A stretch of 64,000 nucleotides of DNA, taken from contig OZ024741.1 of NCBI GenBank assembly GCA_964016885.1, positions 18,476,001 to 18,540,000 on the forward strand, read 5' to 3'. Shown here one piece after another: positions 51,001-64,000 of the stretch. The notes under the pieces are model-generated. The model saw nothing but the letters and a program-made list of their open reading frames with translations. It did no database searches and was not told the DNA's origin. This stretch comes from Eledone cirrhosa. Its lineage: Eukaryota. The position numbers were made by a program, and so were the translations under genes. Within the stretch, counting starts at the first letter, position 1; each line of letters starts with the position of its first letter.

Positions 51001-54000
51001 TGTGTGTGTCTCTATCAGTATGTGAGTGTGTCTGTATCAGTATGTGTGTGTGTGTCTGTATCAGTATGTGTGTGTGTCTATATCAGGATGTGTGTGTGTG
51101 TCTGTATCAGTATGTGTGTGTGTGTCTGTATCAGTATGTGTGTGTGTGTCTGTATCAGTATGTGTGTGTGTCTCTATCAGTATGTGAGTGTGTCTGTATC
51201 AGTAAGTGTGTGTGTGTCTGTATCAGTATGTGTGTGTGTCTATATCAGGATGTGTGTGTGTGTCTGTATCAGTATGTGTGTGCATGTCTGTATCTGTATG
51301 TGTGTGTGTGTCTGTATCAGTGTGTGTCTGTCTGTATCAGTATGTGTGTGTGTGTCTGTATCAGTATGTGTGTGTGTGTCTGTATCAGTATGTGTGTGTG
51401 TGTCTGTATCAGTATGTGTGTGCATGTCTGTATCACTATGTGTGTGTGTCTGTATCAGTATGTGTGTGTGTGTCTGTATCAGTATGTGTGTGTGTCTGTA
51501 TCAGTATGTGTGTATGTGTCTGTATCAGTATGTGTGTGTGTGTCTGTATCAGTATGTGTGCATGTCTGTATCAGTATGTGTGTGTGTCTGTATCAGTATG
51601 TGTGTGTGTCTGTATCAGTATGTGTCTGTGGCTGTATCAGTATGTGTGTGTGTGTGTCTGTATCAGTATGTGTGAGTGTCTGTATCAGTATGTGTGTGCA
51701 TGTCTGTATCAGTATGTGTGTGTGTGTCTGTATCAGTATGTGTGCGTGTGTCTGTATCAGTATGTGTGTGTGTCTGTATCAGTATGTGTGTGTGTCTGTA
51801 TCAGTATGTGTGTGTGTCTGTATCAGTATGTGTGTGTGTCTGTATCAGTATGTGTGTGTGTGTCTGTATCAGTATGTGTGTGGGTGTCTGTATCAGTATG
51901 TGTGTGTGTCTGTATCAGTATGTGTGGGTGTCTGTATCAGTATGTGTGGGTGTCTGTATCAGTATGTGTGTGTCTGTATCAGTATGTGTGTGTGTGTTGT
52001 ATCAGTATGTGTGTGTGTCTGTATCAGTATGTGTGTGGGTGTCTGTATCAGTATATGTGTGTGTGTCTGTATCAGTATGTGTGTGTGTCTGTATCAGTAT
52101 GTGTGTGTGTCTGTATCAGTATGTGTGTGGGTGTCTGTAGTAGTATGTGTGTGCATGTCTGTATCAGTATGTGTGTGTGTGTCTGTATCAGTATGTGTGT
52201 GTGTGTCTGTATCAGTATGTGTGTGCATGTCTGTATCACTATGTGTGTGTGTCTGTATCAGTATGTGTGTGGGTGTCTGTATCAGTATGTGTGTGTGTGT
52301 TGTATCAGTATGTGTGTGTGTCTGTATCAGTATGTGTGTGGGTGTCTGTATCAGTATGTGTGTGTGTCTGTATCAGTATGTGTGTGTGTGTCAGTATAAG
52401 TATGTGTGTGTGTCTGTATCAGTATGTGTGTGTGTCTGTATCAGTATGTGTGTGGGTGTCTGTATCAGTATGTGTGTGTGTCTGTATCAGTATGTGTGTG
52501 TGTCTGTATCAGTATGTGTGAGTGTGTCTGTATCAGTATGTGTGTGTGTGTCTGTATCAGTATGTGTGTGTGTGTCTGTATCAGTATGTGTGTGTGTGTC
52601 TGTATCAGTATGTGTGTGTGTCTGTATCAGTATGTGTGTGTGTGTCTGTAACAGTATGTGTGTGTGTCTGTATCAGTATGTGTGCATGTCTGTATCAGTA
52701 TGTGTGTGTGTCTGTATCAGTATGTGTGTGTGTGTCGGTATCAGTATGTGTGTGTGCCTGTATCAGTATGTGTGTGGGTGTCTGTATCAGTATGTGTGTG
52801 TGTCTGTATCAGTATGTGTGTGTGTCTGTATCAGTATGTGTGTGTGTGCATGTCTGTATCAGTATGTGTGTGTGTCTGTATCAGTATGTGTGTGTGTGTC
52901 TGTATCAGTATGTGTGTGTGTCTGTATCAGTATGTGTGTCTGTATCAGTATGTATGTGTGTGTCTGTATCAGTATGTGTGTGCATGTCTGTATCAGTATG
53001 TGTGTGTGTCTGTATCAGTATGTGTGTGTGTGTCTGTATCAGTATGTGTGTGTGTCTGTATCAGTATGTGTGTGTGTGTCTGTATCAGTATGTGTGTGTG
53101 TCTGTATCAGTATGTGTGTGTGTCTGTATCAGTATGAGTGTCTGTATCAGTATGTGTGTGTCTGTATTAGTATGTGTGTGTGTCTGTATCAGTATGTGTG
53201 TGTGTGTCTGTATCAGTATGTGTGTGCATGTCTGTATCAGTATGTGTGTGTGTCTGTATCAGTATGTGTTTGTATCAGTATGTGGGTGTGTGTCTGTATC
53301 AGTATGTGTGTGTGTGTCTGTATCAGTATGTGTGTGCATGTCTGTATCAGTATGTGTGTGTGTGTCTGTATCAGTGTGTGTACGTCTGTATCAGTATGTG
53401 TGTGTGTGTCTGTATCAGTATGTGTGTGCATGTCTGTATCAGTATGTGTGTGTGTGTCTGTATCAGTGTGTGTGTGTCTGTATCAGTATGTGTGTGTGTG
53501 TCTGTATCAGTATGTGTGTGTGTGTCTGTATCAGTATGTGTGTGTGTGTCTGTATCAGTATGTGTGTGCATGTCTGTATCACTATGTGTGTGTGTCTGTA
53601 TCAGTATGTGTGTGGGTGTCTGTATCAGTATGTGTGTGTGTGTTGTATCAGTATGTGTGTGTGTCTGCATCAGTATGTGTTTGGGTGTCTGTATCAGTAT
53701 GTGTGTGTGTGTCTGTATCAGTATGTGTGTGTGTGTATGTATCAGTATGTGTGTGTGTGTCTGTATCAGTATGTGTGTATGTCTGTATCAGTATGTGTGT
53801 GTGTGTCTGTATCAGTATGTGTGTGCATGTCTGTATCAGTATGTGTGTGTGTCTGTATCAGTATGTGTGTGTGTCTGTATCAGTATGTGTGCATGTCTGT
53901 ATCAGTATGTGTGTGTGTCTTTATCAGTATGTGTGTGTGTCTGTATCAGTATGTGTGTGTGTGTCTGTATCAGTATGTATGTGTGTCTGTATCAGTATGT

Positions 54001-57000
54001 GTTTGTGTGTCTGTATCAGTATGTGTGTGTGTCTGTATCAGTATGTGTGTGCGTGTCTGTATCAGTATGTGTGTGTGTGTCTGTATCAGTATGTGTTTGT
54101 GTCTGTAACAGTATGTGTGTGTGTCTGTATCAGTATGTGTGTGTGTGTGTGTGTGTGTATCAGTATGTATGTGTGTCTGTATCAGTATATGTGTGTGTGT
54201 CTGTATCAGTATGTGTGTGTGTCTGTATCAGTATGTGTTTGTGTGTCTGTATCAGTATGTGTGTGTGTCTGTATCAGTATGGGTGTGCGTGTCTGTATCA
54301 GTATGTGTGTGTGTGTGTGTGTGTGTGTCTGTATCAGTATGTGTTTGTGTCTGTAACAGTATGTGTGCATATCTGTATCAGTATGTGTGTGTGTCTGTAT
54401 CAGTATGTGTGAGTGTCTGTATCAGTATGTGTGTGTGTGTTTGTATCAGTATGTGTGTGTGTGTCTGTATCAGTATGTGTGTGTGTGTCTGTATCAGTAT
54501 GTATGTGTGTCTGTATCAGTATGTGTGTGTGTCTGTATCAGTATGTGTGTGTGTGTCTGTATCAGTATGTGTGTGTCTGTATCAGTATGTGTGTGTGTGT
54601 CAGTATCAGTATGTGTGTGTGCCTGTATCAGTATGTGTGTGTATCTGTATCAGTATGTGTGTGTGTGTCTGTATCAGTATGTGTGTGTGTCTGTATCAGT
54701 ATGTGTGTGTGTGTCTGTATCAGTATGTGAGTGTGTCTGTATCAGTATGTGTGTGTGTGTCTGTATCAGTATGTGTGTGTGTCTATATCAGGATGTGTGT
54801 GTGTCTCTGTATCAGTATGTGTGTGCATGTCTGTATCTGTATGTGTGTGTGTGTCTGTATCAGTATATGTGCATGTCTGTATCAGTATGTGTGTGTGTGT
54901 CTGTATCAGTATGTGTGTGTGCATGTCTGTATCAGTATGTGTGCATGTCTGTATCAGTATGTGTGTGTCTGTATCAGTATGTGTGTGTGTCTGTATCAGT
55001 ATGTGTGTTTGTCTGTATCAGTATGTGTGTCTGTGTCTGTATCAGTATGTGTGTGTGTCTGTATCAGTATGTGTGTGTGTCTGTATCAGTATGTGTGTGC
55101 ATGTCTGTATCAGTATGTGTGTGTGTCTGTATCAGTATGTGTGTGTGTGTTGTATCAGTATGTGTGTGTGTCTGTATCAGTATGTGTCTTGGTGTCTGTA
55201 TCAGTATGTGTGTGTGTCTGTATCAGTATATGTGTGTGTGTCTGTATCAGTATGTGTGTGTGTGTCTGTATCAGTATGTGTGTATGTCTGTATCAGTATG
55301 TGTGTGTGTGTCTGTATCAGTATGTGTGTGTGTGTCTGTATCAGTATGTATGTGTGTGTCTGTATCAGTATGTGTGTGTGTTTGTATCAGTATGTGTGTG
55401 TGTGTCTGTATCAGTATATGTGTGTGTGTCTGTTTCAGTATGTGTGTGTGTCTGTATCAGTATGTGTGTGTGTGTCAGTATCAGCATGTGTGTGTGTCTG
55501 TATCAGTACGTGTGTGTGTCTGTATCAGTATGTGTGTGCATGTCTGTATCAGTATGTGTGTGTCTCTGTATCAGTATGTGTGTGTGTGTCGGTATCAGTA
55601 TGTGTGTGTGCCTGTATCAGTATGTGTGTGGGTGTCTGTATCAGTATGTGTGTGTGTCTGTATCAGTATGTGTGTGTGTGTCTGTATCAGTATGTGTGTG
55701 TGCATGTCTGTATCAGTATGTGTGTGTGTCTGTATCAGTATGTGTGTGTGTGTCTGTATCAGTATGTGTGTGTGTCTGTATCAGTATGTGTGCATGTCTG
55801 TATCAGTATGTGTGTGTGTCTTTATCAGTATGTGTGTGTGTCTGTATCAGTATGTGTGTGTGTGTGTCTGTATCTGTATGTATGTGTGTCTGTATCAGTA
55901 TGTGTGTGTGTGTCTGTATCAGTATGTGTGTGTGTCTGTATCAGTATGTGTGTGTGTGTCTGTATCAGTATGTGTGTGTGTCTGTATCAGTATGTGTTTG
56001 TGTGTCTGTATCAGTATGTGTGTGTGTCTGTATCAGTATGTGTGTGCGTGTCTGTATCAGTATGTGTGTGAGTGTGTGTGTGTGTGTCTGTATCAGTATG
56101 TGTGTGTGTGTCTGTATCAGTATGTGTGTGTGTCTGTATCAGTATGTGTGTGTGTGTCTGTATCAGTATGTGTGTGTGTCTGTATCAGTGTGTGTGTGTG
56201 TGTGTCTGTATCAGTATGTGTGTGTGTCTGTATCAGTATGTGTGTGTGTGTCTGTATCAGTAAGTGTGCGTATCTGTATCAGTATGTGTGTGTGTCTGTA
56301 TCAGTATGTGTGTGTGTGTCTGTATCAGTATGTGTGTGTGTGTCTGTATCAGTATATGTGTGTATCTGTATCAGTATGTGTGTGTGTGTCTGTATCAGTA
56401 TGTGTGTGTATCTGTATCCGTATGTGTGTGTGTCTGTATCAGTATATGTGTGTCTGTATCAGTATGTGTGTGTGTGTCTGTATCAGTATGTGTGTGTGTC
56501 TGTATCAGTATGTGTGTGTGTGTCTGTATCACTATGTGTGTGTGTCTGTATCAGTATGTGTGTGTGTGTCTGTATCAGTATGTGTGTGTGTCTGTATCAG
56601 TATGTGTGTGTGTGTCTGTATCACTATGTGTGTGTATCTGTATCAGTATGTGTGTGTGTCTGTATCAGTATGTGTGTGTGTGTCTGTATCAGTATGTGTG
56701 TGTGTCTGTATCAGTATGTGTGTGTGTGTCTGTATCAGTATGTGTGTGTCTGTATCAGTATGTGTGTGCATGTCTGTATCAGTATGTGTGTGTGTGTCTG
56801 TATCAGTATGTGTGTGTGTCTGTATCTGTATGTGTGTGTGTGTCTGTATCAGTATGTGTGTGTGTGTCAGTATCAGTATGTGTGTGTGTCTGTATCAGTA
56901 TGTGTGTGTGTGTCTGTATCAGTATGTGTGTGTGTCTGTATCGATATGTGTGTGGTGTGTCTGTATCAGTATGTGTGTGCATGTCTGTATCAGTATGTGT

Positions 57001-60000
57001 GTGTGTGTCTGTATCAGTATGTGTGTGTGTCTGTATCTGTATGTGTGTGTGTGTCTGTATCAGTATGTGTGTGTGTGTCAGTATCAGTATGTGTGTGTGT
57101 CTGTATAAGTATGTATGTGTGTGTCTGTATCAGCATGTGTGTGTGTGTGTGTCTGTATCAGTATGTGTGTGTGTCTGTATCAGCCTGTGTGTGTGTCTGT
57201 ATCAGTATGTGTGTGTGCATGTCTGTATCAGTATGTGTGTGTGTGTCTGTATCAGTATGTGTGTCTGTCTGTATCAGTATGTGTGTGTGTCTGTATCAGT
57301 ATGTGTGTGTGTGTCTGTATCAGTATGTGTGTGTGTCTGTATCAGTATGTGTGTGTGTGTCTGTATCAGTATATGTGTGTGTCTGTATCAGTATGTGTGT
57401 GTGTGTCTGTATAAGTATGTGTGTGTGTGTATGTATCAGTATGTGTGTGTGTGTCTGTATCAGTATGTGTGTGTCTGTATCAGTATGTGTGTGTGTCTGT
57501 ATCAGTATGTGTGTGTGTGTCTGTATCAGTATGTGTGTGTGTCTGTATCAGTATGTGTGTGTGTCTCTGTATCAGTATGTGTGTGTGTCTGTATCAGTAT
57601 GTGTGTGTGTCTGTATCAGTATGTGTATGTGTGTCTGTATCACTATGTGTGTGTATCTGTATCAGTATGTGTGTGTGTCTGTATCAGTATGTGTGTGCAT
57701 GTCTGTATCAGTATGTGTGTGCATGTCTGTATCAGTATGTGTGTGTGTGTCTGTATCTGTATGTGTGTGTCTGTATCAGTATGTGTGTGTGTGTCTGTAT
57801 CAGTATGTGTGTGTGTGTTTGTATCAGTATGTGTGTGTGTGTCTGTATCAGTATGTGTGTGTGTCTGTATCAGTTTGTGTGTCTGTGTATTTATCAGTAT
57901 GTGTGTGTGTGTCTGTATCAGTATGTGTGTGTGTGTCTGTATCAGTATGTGTGTGTGTCTGTATCAGTATGTGTGTGTGTGTCTGTATCAGTATGTGTGT
58001 GTGTGTCTGTATCAGTATGTGTGTGTGTGTCTGTATCACTATGTGTGTGTGTGTCTGTATCAGTAGGTGTGTGTGTGTCTGTATCAGTATGTGTGTGTGT
58101 CTGTATCAGTATGTGTGTGTGTGTCTGTATCAGTATGTGTGTGTGTGTCTGTATCAGTATGTGTGTATGTCTGTATCAGTATGTGTGTGTGTGTATGTAT
58201 CAGTATGTGTGTGTGTGTGTCTGTATCAGTATGTGTGTGTGTGTCTGTATCAGTATGTGTGTGTGTCTGTATCAGTATGTGTGTGTGTCTGTATCAGTAT
58301 GTGTGTGTGTCTGTATCAGTATGTGTGTGTGTCTGTATCAGTATGTGTGTGTGTCTGTATCAGTATGTGTGTGTGTGTCTGTATCAGTATGTGTGTGTGT
58401 CTGTATCAGTATGTGTGTGTGTGTCTGTATCAGTATGTGTGTGTGTGTTTGTATCAGTATGTATGTGTGTGTCTGTATCAGTATGTGTGTGTGTCTGTAT
58501 CAGTATGTGTGTGTGTGTATGTATCAGTATGTGTGTGTGTGTCTGTATCAGTATGTGTGTGTGTGTCTGTATCAGTATGTGTGTGTGTCTGTATCAGTAT
58601 GTGTGTGTGTGTCTGTATCAGTATGTGTGTGTGTCTGTATCAGTATGTGTGTGTGTGTCTGTATCAGTATGTGTGTGTGTGTCTGTATCGGTATGTGTGT
58701 GTGTCTGTATCAGTATGTGTGTGTGTGTCTGTATCAGTATGTGTGTGTATCTGTATCAGTATGTGTGTGTGTCTGTATCAGTATGTGTGTGTGTCTGTAT
58801 CAGTATGTGTGTGTGTGTCTGCATCAGTATGTGTGTATGTGTCTGTATCACTATGTGTGTGTGTCTGTATCAGTATGTGCGTCTGCATCAGTATGTGTGT
58901 GTGTCTGTATCAGTATGTGTGTGTGTGTCTGTATCAGTATGTGTGTGTGTCTGTATCAGTATGTGTGTGTGTGTTTGTATCAGTATGTGTGTGTGTGTAT
59001 GTATCAGTATGTGTGTGTGTGTCTGTATCAGTATGTGTGTGTGTCTGTATCAGTATGTGTGTGTGTGTCTGTATCAGTATGTGTGTGTGTGTCTGTATCA
59101 GTATGTGTGTGTGTGTCTGTATCAGTATGTGTGTGTGTCTCTGTATCAGTATGTGTGTGTGTCTGTATCAGTATGTGTGTGTGTCTGTATCAGTATGTGT
59201 GTGTGTGTCTGTATCACTATGTGTGTGTATCTGTATCAGTATGTGTGTGTGTGTCTGTATCAGTATGTGTGTGCATGTCTGTATCAGTATGTCTGTGCAT
59301 GCCTGTATCAGTATGTGTGTGTGTGTCTGTATCAGTATGTGTGTGTGTGTCTGTATCAGTATGTGTGTGTGTGTCTGTATCAGTATGTGTGTGTGTTTGT
59401 ATCAGTATGTGTGTGTGTGTCTGTATCAGTATGTGTGTGAGTCTGTATCAGTATGTGTGTGTCTGTATGTATCAGTATGTGTGTGTGTGTCTGTATCAGT
59501 ATGTGTGTGTGTGTCTGTATCAGTATGTGTGTGTGTGTGTCTGTATCAGTATGTGTGTGTGTCTGTATCAGTATGTGTGTGTGTCTGTATCAGCATGTGT
59601 GTGTGTGTCTGTATCGGTATGTGTGTGTGTGTCTGTATCAGTATGTGTGAGTATCTGTATCAGAATGTGTGTGTGTCTGTATCAGTATGTGTGTGTGTGT
59701 CTGTATCAGTATGTGTGTGTATGTCTGTATCAGTATGTGTGTGTGTGTCTGTATCACTATGTGCATGTGTGTCTGTATCAGTATGTGCGTGTGTGTCTGT
59801 ATCAGTATGTGTGTGTGTCTGTATCAGTATGTGTGCATGTCTGTATCAGTATGTGTGTGTGTCTTTATCAGTATGTGTGTGTGTCTGTTTCAATATGTGT
59901 GTGTGTGTCTGTATCAGTATGTATGTGTGTCTGTATCAGTATGTGTGTGTGTGTCTGTATCAGTATGTATGTGTGTCTGTATCAGTATGTGTGTGTGTGT

Positions 60001-63000
60001 CTGTATCCGTATGTATTTGTGTCTGTATCAGTATGTGTGTGTGTCAGTATCAGTATGTGTGTGTGTCAGTATCAGTATGTGTGTGTGTATCTGTATCAGT
60101 ATATGTGTGTGTGTCTGTATCAGTATGTGTGTGTGTCTGTATCAGTATATGTGTGTGTGTCTCTATCAGTATATGTGTGTGTGTCTGTATCAGTATGTGT
60201 GTGTGTCTGTATCAGTATGTGTGTGTGTGTCTGTATCAGTATGTGTGTGTGTCTGTATCAGTATGTGTTTGTGTGTCTGTATCAGTATGTGTGTGTGTCT
60301 GTATCAGTATGTGTGTGCGTGTCTGTATCAGTATGTGTGTGTGTGTGTGTGTGTCTGTATCAGTATGTGTGTGTGTGTCTGTATCAGTATGTGTGTGTGT
60401 CTGTATCAGTATGTGTGTGTGTGTCTGTATCAGTATGTGTGTGTGTCTGTATCAGTGTGTGTGTGTGTCTGTATCAGTATGTGTGTGTGTCTGTATCAGT
60501 ATGTGTGTGTGTGTCTGTATCAGTAAGTGTGCGTATCTGTATCAGTATGTGTGTGTGACTGTATCAGTATGTGTGTGTGTGTCTGTATCAGTGTGTGTGT
60601 GTGTGTCTGTATCAGTATGTGTGTGTATCTGTATCAGTATGTGTGTGTGTGTCTGTATCAGTATGTGTGTATATCTGTATCTGTATGTGTGTGTGTCTGT
60701 ATCAGTATGTGTGTGTCTGTATCAGTATGTGTGTGTGTGTCTGTATCAGTATGTGTGTGTGTCTGTATCAGTATGTGTGTGTGTGTCTGTATCACTATTT
60801 GTGTGTGTCTGTATCAGTATGTGTGTGTGTGTCTGTATCAGTATGTGTGTGTGTCTGTATCAGTATGTGTGTGTGTGTCTGTATCACTATGTGTGTGTAT
60901 CTGTATCAGTACGTGTGTGTGTCTGTATCAGTATGTGTGTGTGTGTGTATCAGTATGTGTGTGTGTCTGTATCAGTATGTGTGTGTGTGTCTGTATCAGT
61001 ATGTGTGTGTGTCTGTATCAGTATGTGTGTGCATGTCTGTATCAGTATGTGTGTGTGTGTCTGTATCAGTATGTGTGTGTGTCTCTATCTGTATGTGTGT
61101 GTGTGTCTGTATCAGTATGTGTGTGCATATCTGTATCAGTATGTGTGCGTGTGTCTGCAACAGTATGTGTGTGTGTGTGTCTGTATCAGTATGTGTGTGT
61201 GTCTGTATCAGTATGTGTGTGTGTCTGTATCAGTATATATGTGTGTCTGTATCAGTATGTGTGTGTGTGTCAGTATCAGTATGTGTGTGTGTCTGTATCA
61301 GTATGTGTGTGTGTGGCTGTATCAGTATGTGTGTGCATGTCTGTATCAGAATGTGTGTGTGTGTATGTATCAGTATGTGTGTGTGTCTGTATCAGTATGT
61401 ATGTGTGTGTCTGTATCAGCATGTGTGTGTGTGTGTCTGTATCAGTATGTGTGTGTGTCTGTATCAGCCTGTGTGTGTGTCTGTGTCAGTATGTGTGTGT
61501 GCATGTCTGTATCAGTATGTGTGTGTGTCTGTATCAGTATGTGTGTGTGTGTCTGTATCAGTATGTGTGTGTGTCTGTATCAGTATGTGTGTGTGTGTCT
61601 GTATCAGTATGTGTGTGTGTCTGTATCAGTATGTGTGTGTGTCTGTATCAGTATGTGTTGGCATGTCTGTATCAGTATGTGTGTGTGTCTGTATCAGTAT
61701 GTGTGTGTGTGTTGTATCAGTATGTGTGTGTGTCTGTATCAGTATGGGTGTGGGTGTCTGTATCAGTATGTCTGTGTGTCTGTATCAGTATATGTGTGTG
61801 TGTCTGTATCAGTATGTGTGTGTGTGTCTGTATCAGTATGTGTGTATGTCTGTATCAGTATGTGTGTGTGTGTGTCTGTATCAGTATGTGTGTGTGTGTC
61901 TGTATCAGTATGTGTGTGTGTGTCTGTATCAGTATGTGTGTGTGTTTGTATCAGTATGTGTGTGTGTGTCTGTATCAGTATATGTGTGTGTGTCTGTATC
62001 AGTATATGTGTGTGTCTGTATCAGTATGTGTGTGTGTGTCAGTATCAGCATGTGTGTGTGTGTCTGTATCAGTATGTGTGTGTGTCTGTATCAGTATGTG
62101 TGTGTGTATGTATCAGTACGTGTGTGCATGTCTGTATCAGTATGTGTGTGTGTCTGTATCAGTATGTGTGTGTGTGTCTGTATCAGTATGTGTGTGTGCA
62201 TGTCTGTATCAGTATGTGTGTGTGTCTGTATCAGTATGTGTGTGTGTGTCTGTATCAGTATGTGTGTGTGTCTGTATCAGTATGTGTGCATGTCTGTATC
62301 AGTATGTGTGTGTGTCTTTATCAGTATGTGTGTGTGTCTGTATCAGTATGTGTGTGTGTGTCTGTATCAGTATGTATGTGTGTCTGTATCAGTATGTGTG
62401 TGTGTGTCTGTATCAGTATGTATGTGTGTCTGTATCAGTATTTGTGTGTGTGTCTGTATCAGTATGTATGTGTGTCTGTATCAGTATGTGTGTGTGTCAG
62501 TATCAGTATGTGTGTGTGTCAGTATCAGTATGTGTGTGTGTATCTGTATCAGTATATGTGTGTGTGTCTGTATCAGTATGTGTGTGTGTCTGTATCAGTA
62601 TATGTGTGTGTGTCTGTATCAGTATGTATGTGTGTCTGTATCAGTATATGTGTGTGTGTCTGTATCAGTATGTGTGTGTGTCTGTATCAGTATGTGTGTG
62701 TGTGTCTGTATCAGTATGTGTGAGTGTCTGTATCAGTATGTGTTTGTGTGTCTGTATCAGTATGTGTGTGTGTGTCTGTATCAGTATGTGTGTGCGTGTC
62801 TGTATCAGTATGTGTGTGTGTGTGTGTGTCTGTCTGTATCAGTATGTGTGTGTGTCTGTATCAGTATGTGTGTGTGTGGCTGTATCAGTATGTGTGTGCA
62901 TGTCTGTATCAGAATGTGTGTGTGTGTATGTATCAGTATGTGTGTGTGTCTGTATCAGTATGTATGTGTGTGTCTGTATCAGCATGTGTGTGTGTGTGTC

Positions 63001-64000
63001 TGTATCAGTATGTGTGTGTGTCTGTATCAGCCTGTGTGTGTGTCTGTGTCAGTATGTGTGTGTGCATGTCTGTATCAGTATGTGTGTGTGTCTGTATCAG
63101 TATGTGTGTGTGTGTCTGTATCAGTATGTGTGTGTGTCTGTATCAGTATGTGTGTGTGTGTCTGTATCAGTATGTGTGTGTGTCTGTATCAGTATGTGTG
63201 TGTGTCTGTATCAGTATGTGTTGGCATGTCTGTATCAGTATGTGTGTGTGTCTGTATCAGTATGTGTGTGTGTGTTGTATCAGTATGTGTGTGTGTCTGT
63301 ATCAGTATGGGTGTGGGTGTCTGTATCAGTATGTCTGTGTGTCTGTATCAGTATATGTGTGTGTGTCTGTATCAGTATGTGTGTGTGTGTCTGTATCAGT
63401 ATGTGTGTATGTCTGTATCAGTATGTGTGTGTGTGTGTCTGTATCAGTATGTGTGTGTGTGTCTGTATCAGTATGTGTGTGTGTGTCTGTATCAGTATGT
63501 GTGTGTGTTTGTATCAGTATGTGTGTGTGTGTCTGTATCAGTATATGTGTGTGTGTCTGTATCAGTATATGTGTGTGTCTGTATCAGTATGTGTGTGTGT
63601 GTCAGTATCAGCATGTGTGTGTGTGTCTGTATCAGTATGTGTGTGTGTCTGTATCAGTATGTGTGTGTGTATGTATCAGTATGTGTGTGCATGTCTGTAT
63701 CAGTATGTGTGTGTGTCTGTATCAGTATGTGTGTGTGTGTCTGTATCAGTATGTGTGTGTGCATGTCTGTATCAGTATGTGTGTGTGTCTGTATCAGTAT
63801 GTGTGTGTGTGTCTGTATCAGTATGTGTGTGTGTCTGTATCAGTATGTGTGCATGTCTGTATCAGTATGTGTGTGTGTCTTTATCAGTATGTGTGTGTGT
63901 CTGTATCAGTATGTGTGTGTGTGTCTGTATCAGTATGTATGTGTGTCTGTATCAGTATGTGTGTGTGTGTCTGTATCAGTATGTATGTGTGTCTGTATCA
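24060..64000. repeat. ~40-kb satellite, monomer CTGTATCAGTAT(GT)n (mostly 20-26 bp), running off the window end
   Basis: Uninterrupted single-orientation array from 24077 to the end, with variant monomers repeating in higher-order blocks. Confidence 0.98.

Noticed and set aside
24018-62723. Very long Cys/Val-rich ORFs (up to 3112 aa)
   Set aside because: The satellite monomer lacks stop codons on the plus strand in all frames; translations are pure repeat
24077-64000. CRISPR-like repeat/spacer appearance
   Set aside because: Spacers are only (GT)n, the repeat is 12 bp, there are no cas genes and the context is eukaryotic

Overview
AT-rich, microsatellite-saturated eukaryotic (metazoan) DNA with no recognisable host gene; the SINE types suggest a coleoid cephalopod such as octopus (inference, not verified). 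Bases 1-24 kb are a nest of retroelement debris inserted into (TA)n/(CA)n tracts. It holds four decayed Penelope-like elements (PLEs; RT and/or C-terminal GIY-YIG endonuclease) and several short PLE-type terminal fragments. It also holds four copies of a ~610-bp non-coding element with an RTE-type 5' motif, a tRNA-like gene, tRNA-derived SINEs and a TTAA piggyBac-like MITE containing an 18x72-bp array. Bases ~24,060-64,000 are one satellite, CTGTATCAGTAT(GT)n, with nested higher-order duplications. The main hidden signal is RNA-level: six type I hammerhead ribozyme motifs (intact or core-variant, including a U3-A8 compensatory form), several half-motifs, a palindrome folded back exactly on a hammerhead helix II, and a possible HDV-like pseudoknot. 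All structures were folded by eye; none is experimentally or computationally confirmed. Almost all long ORFs in the track are repeat artefacts.
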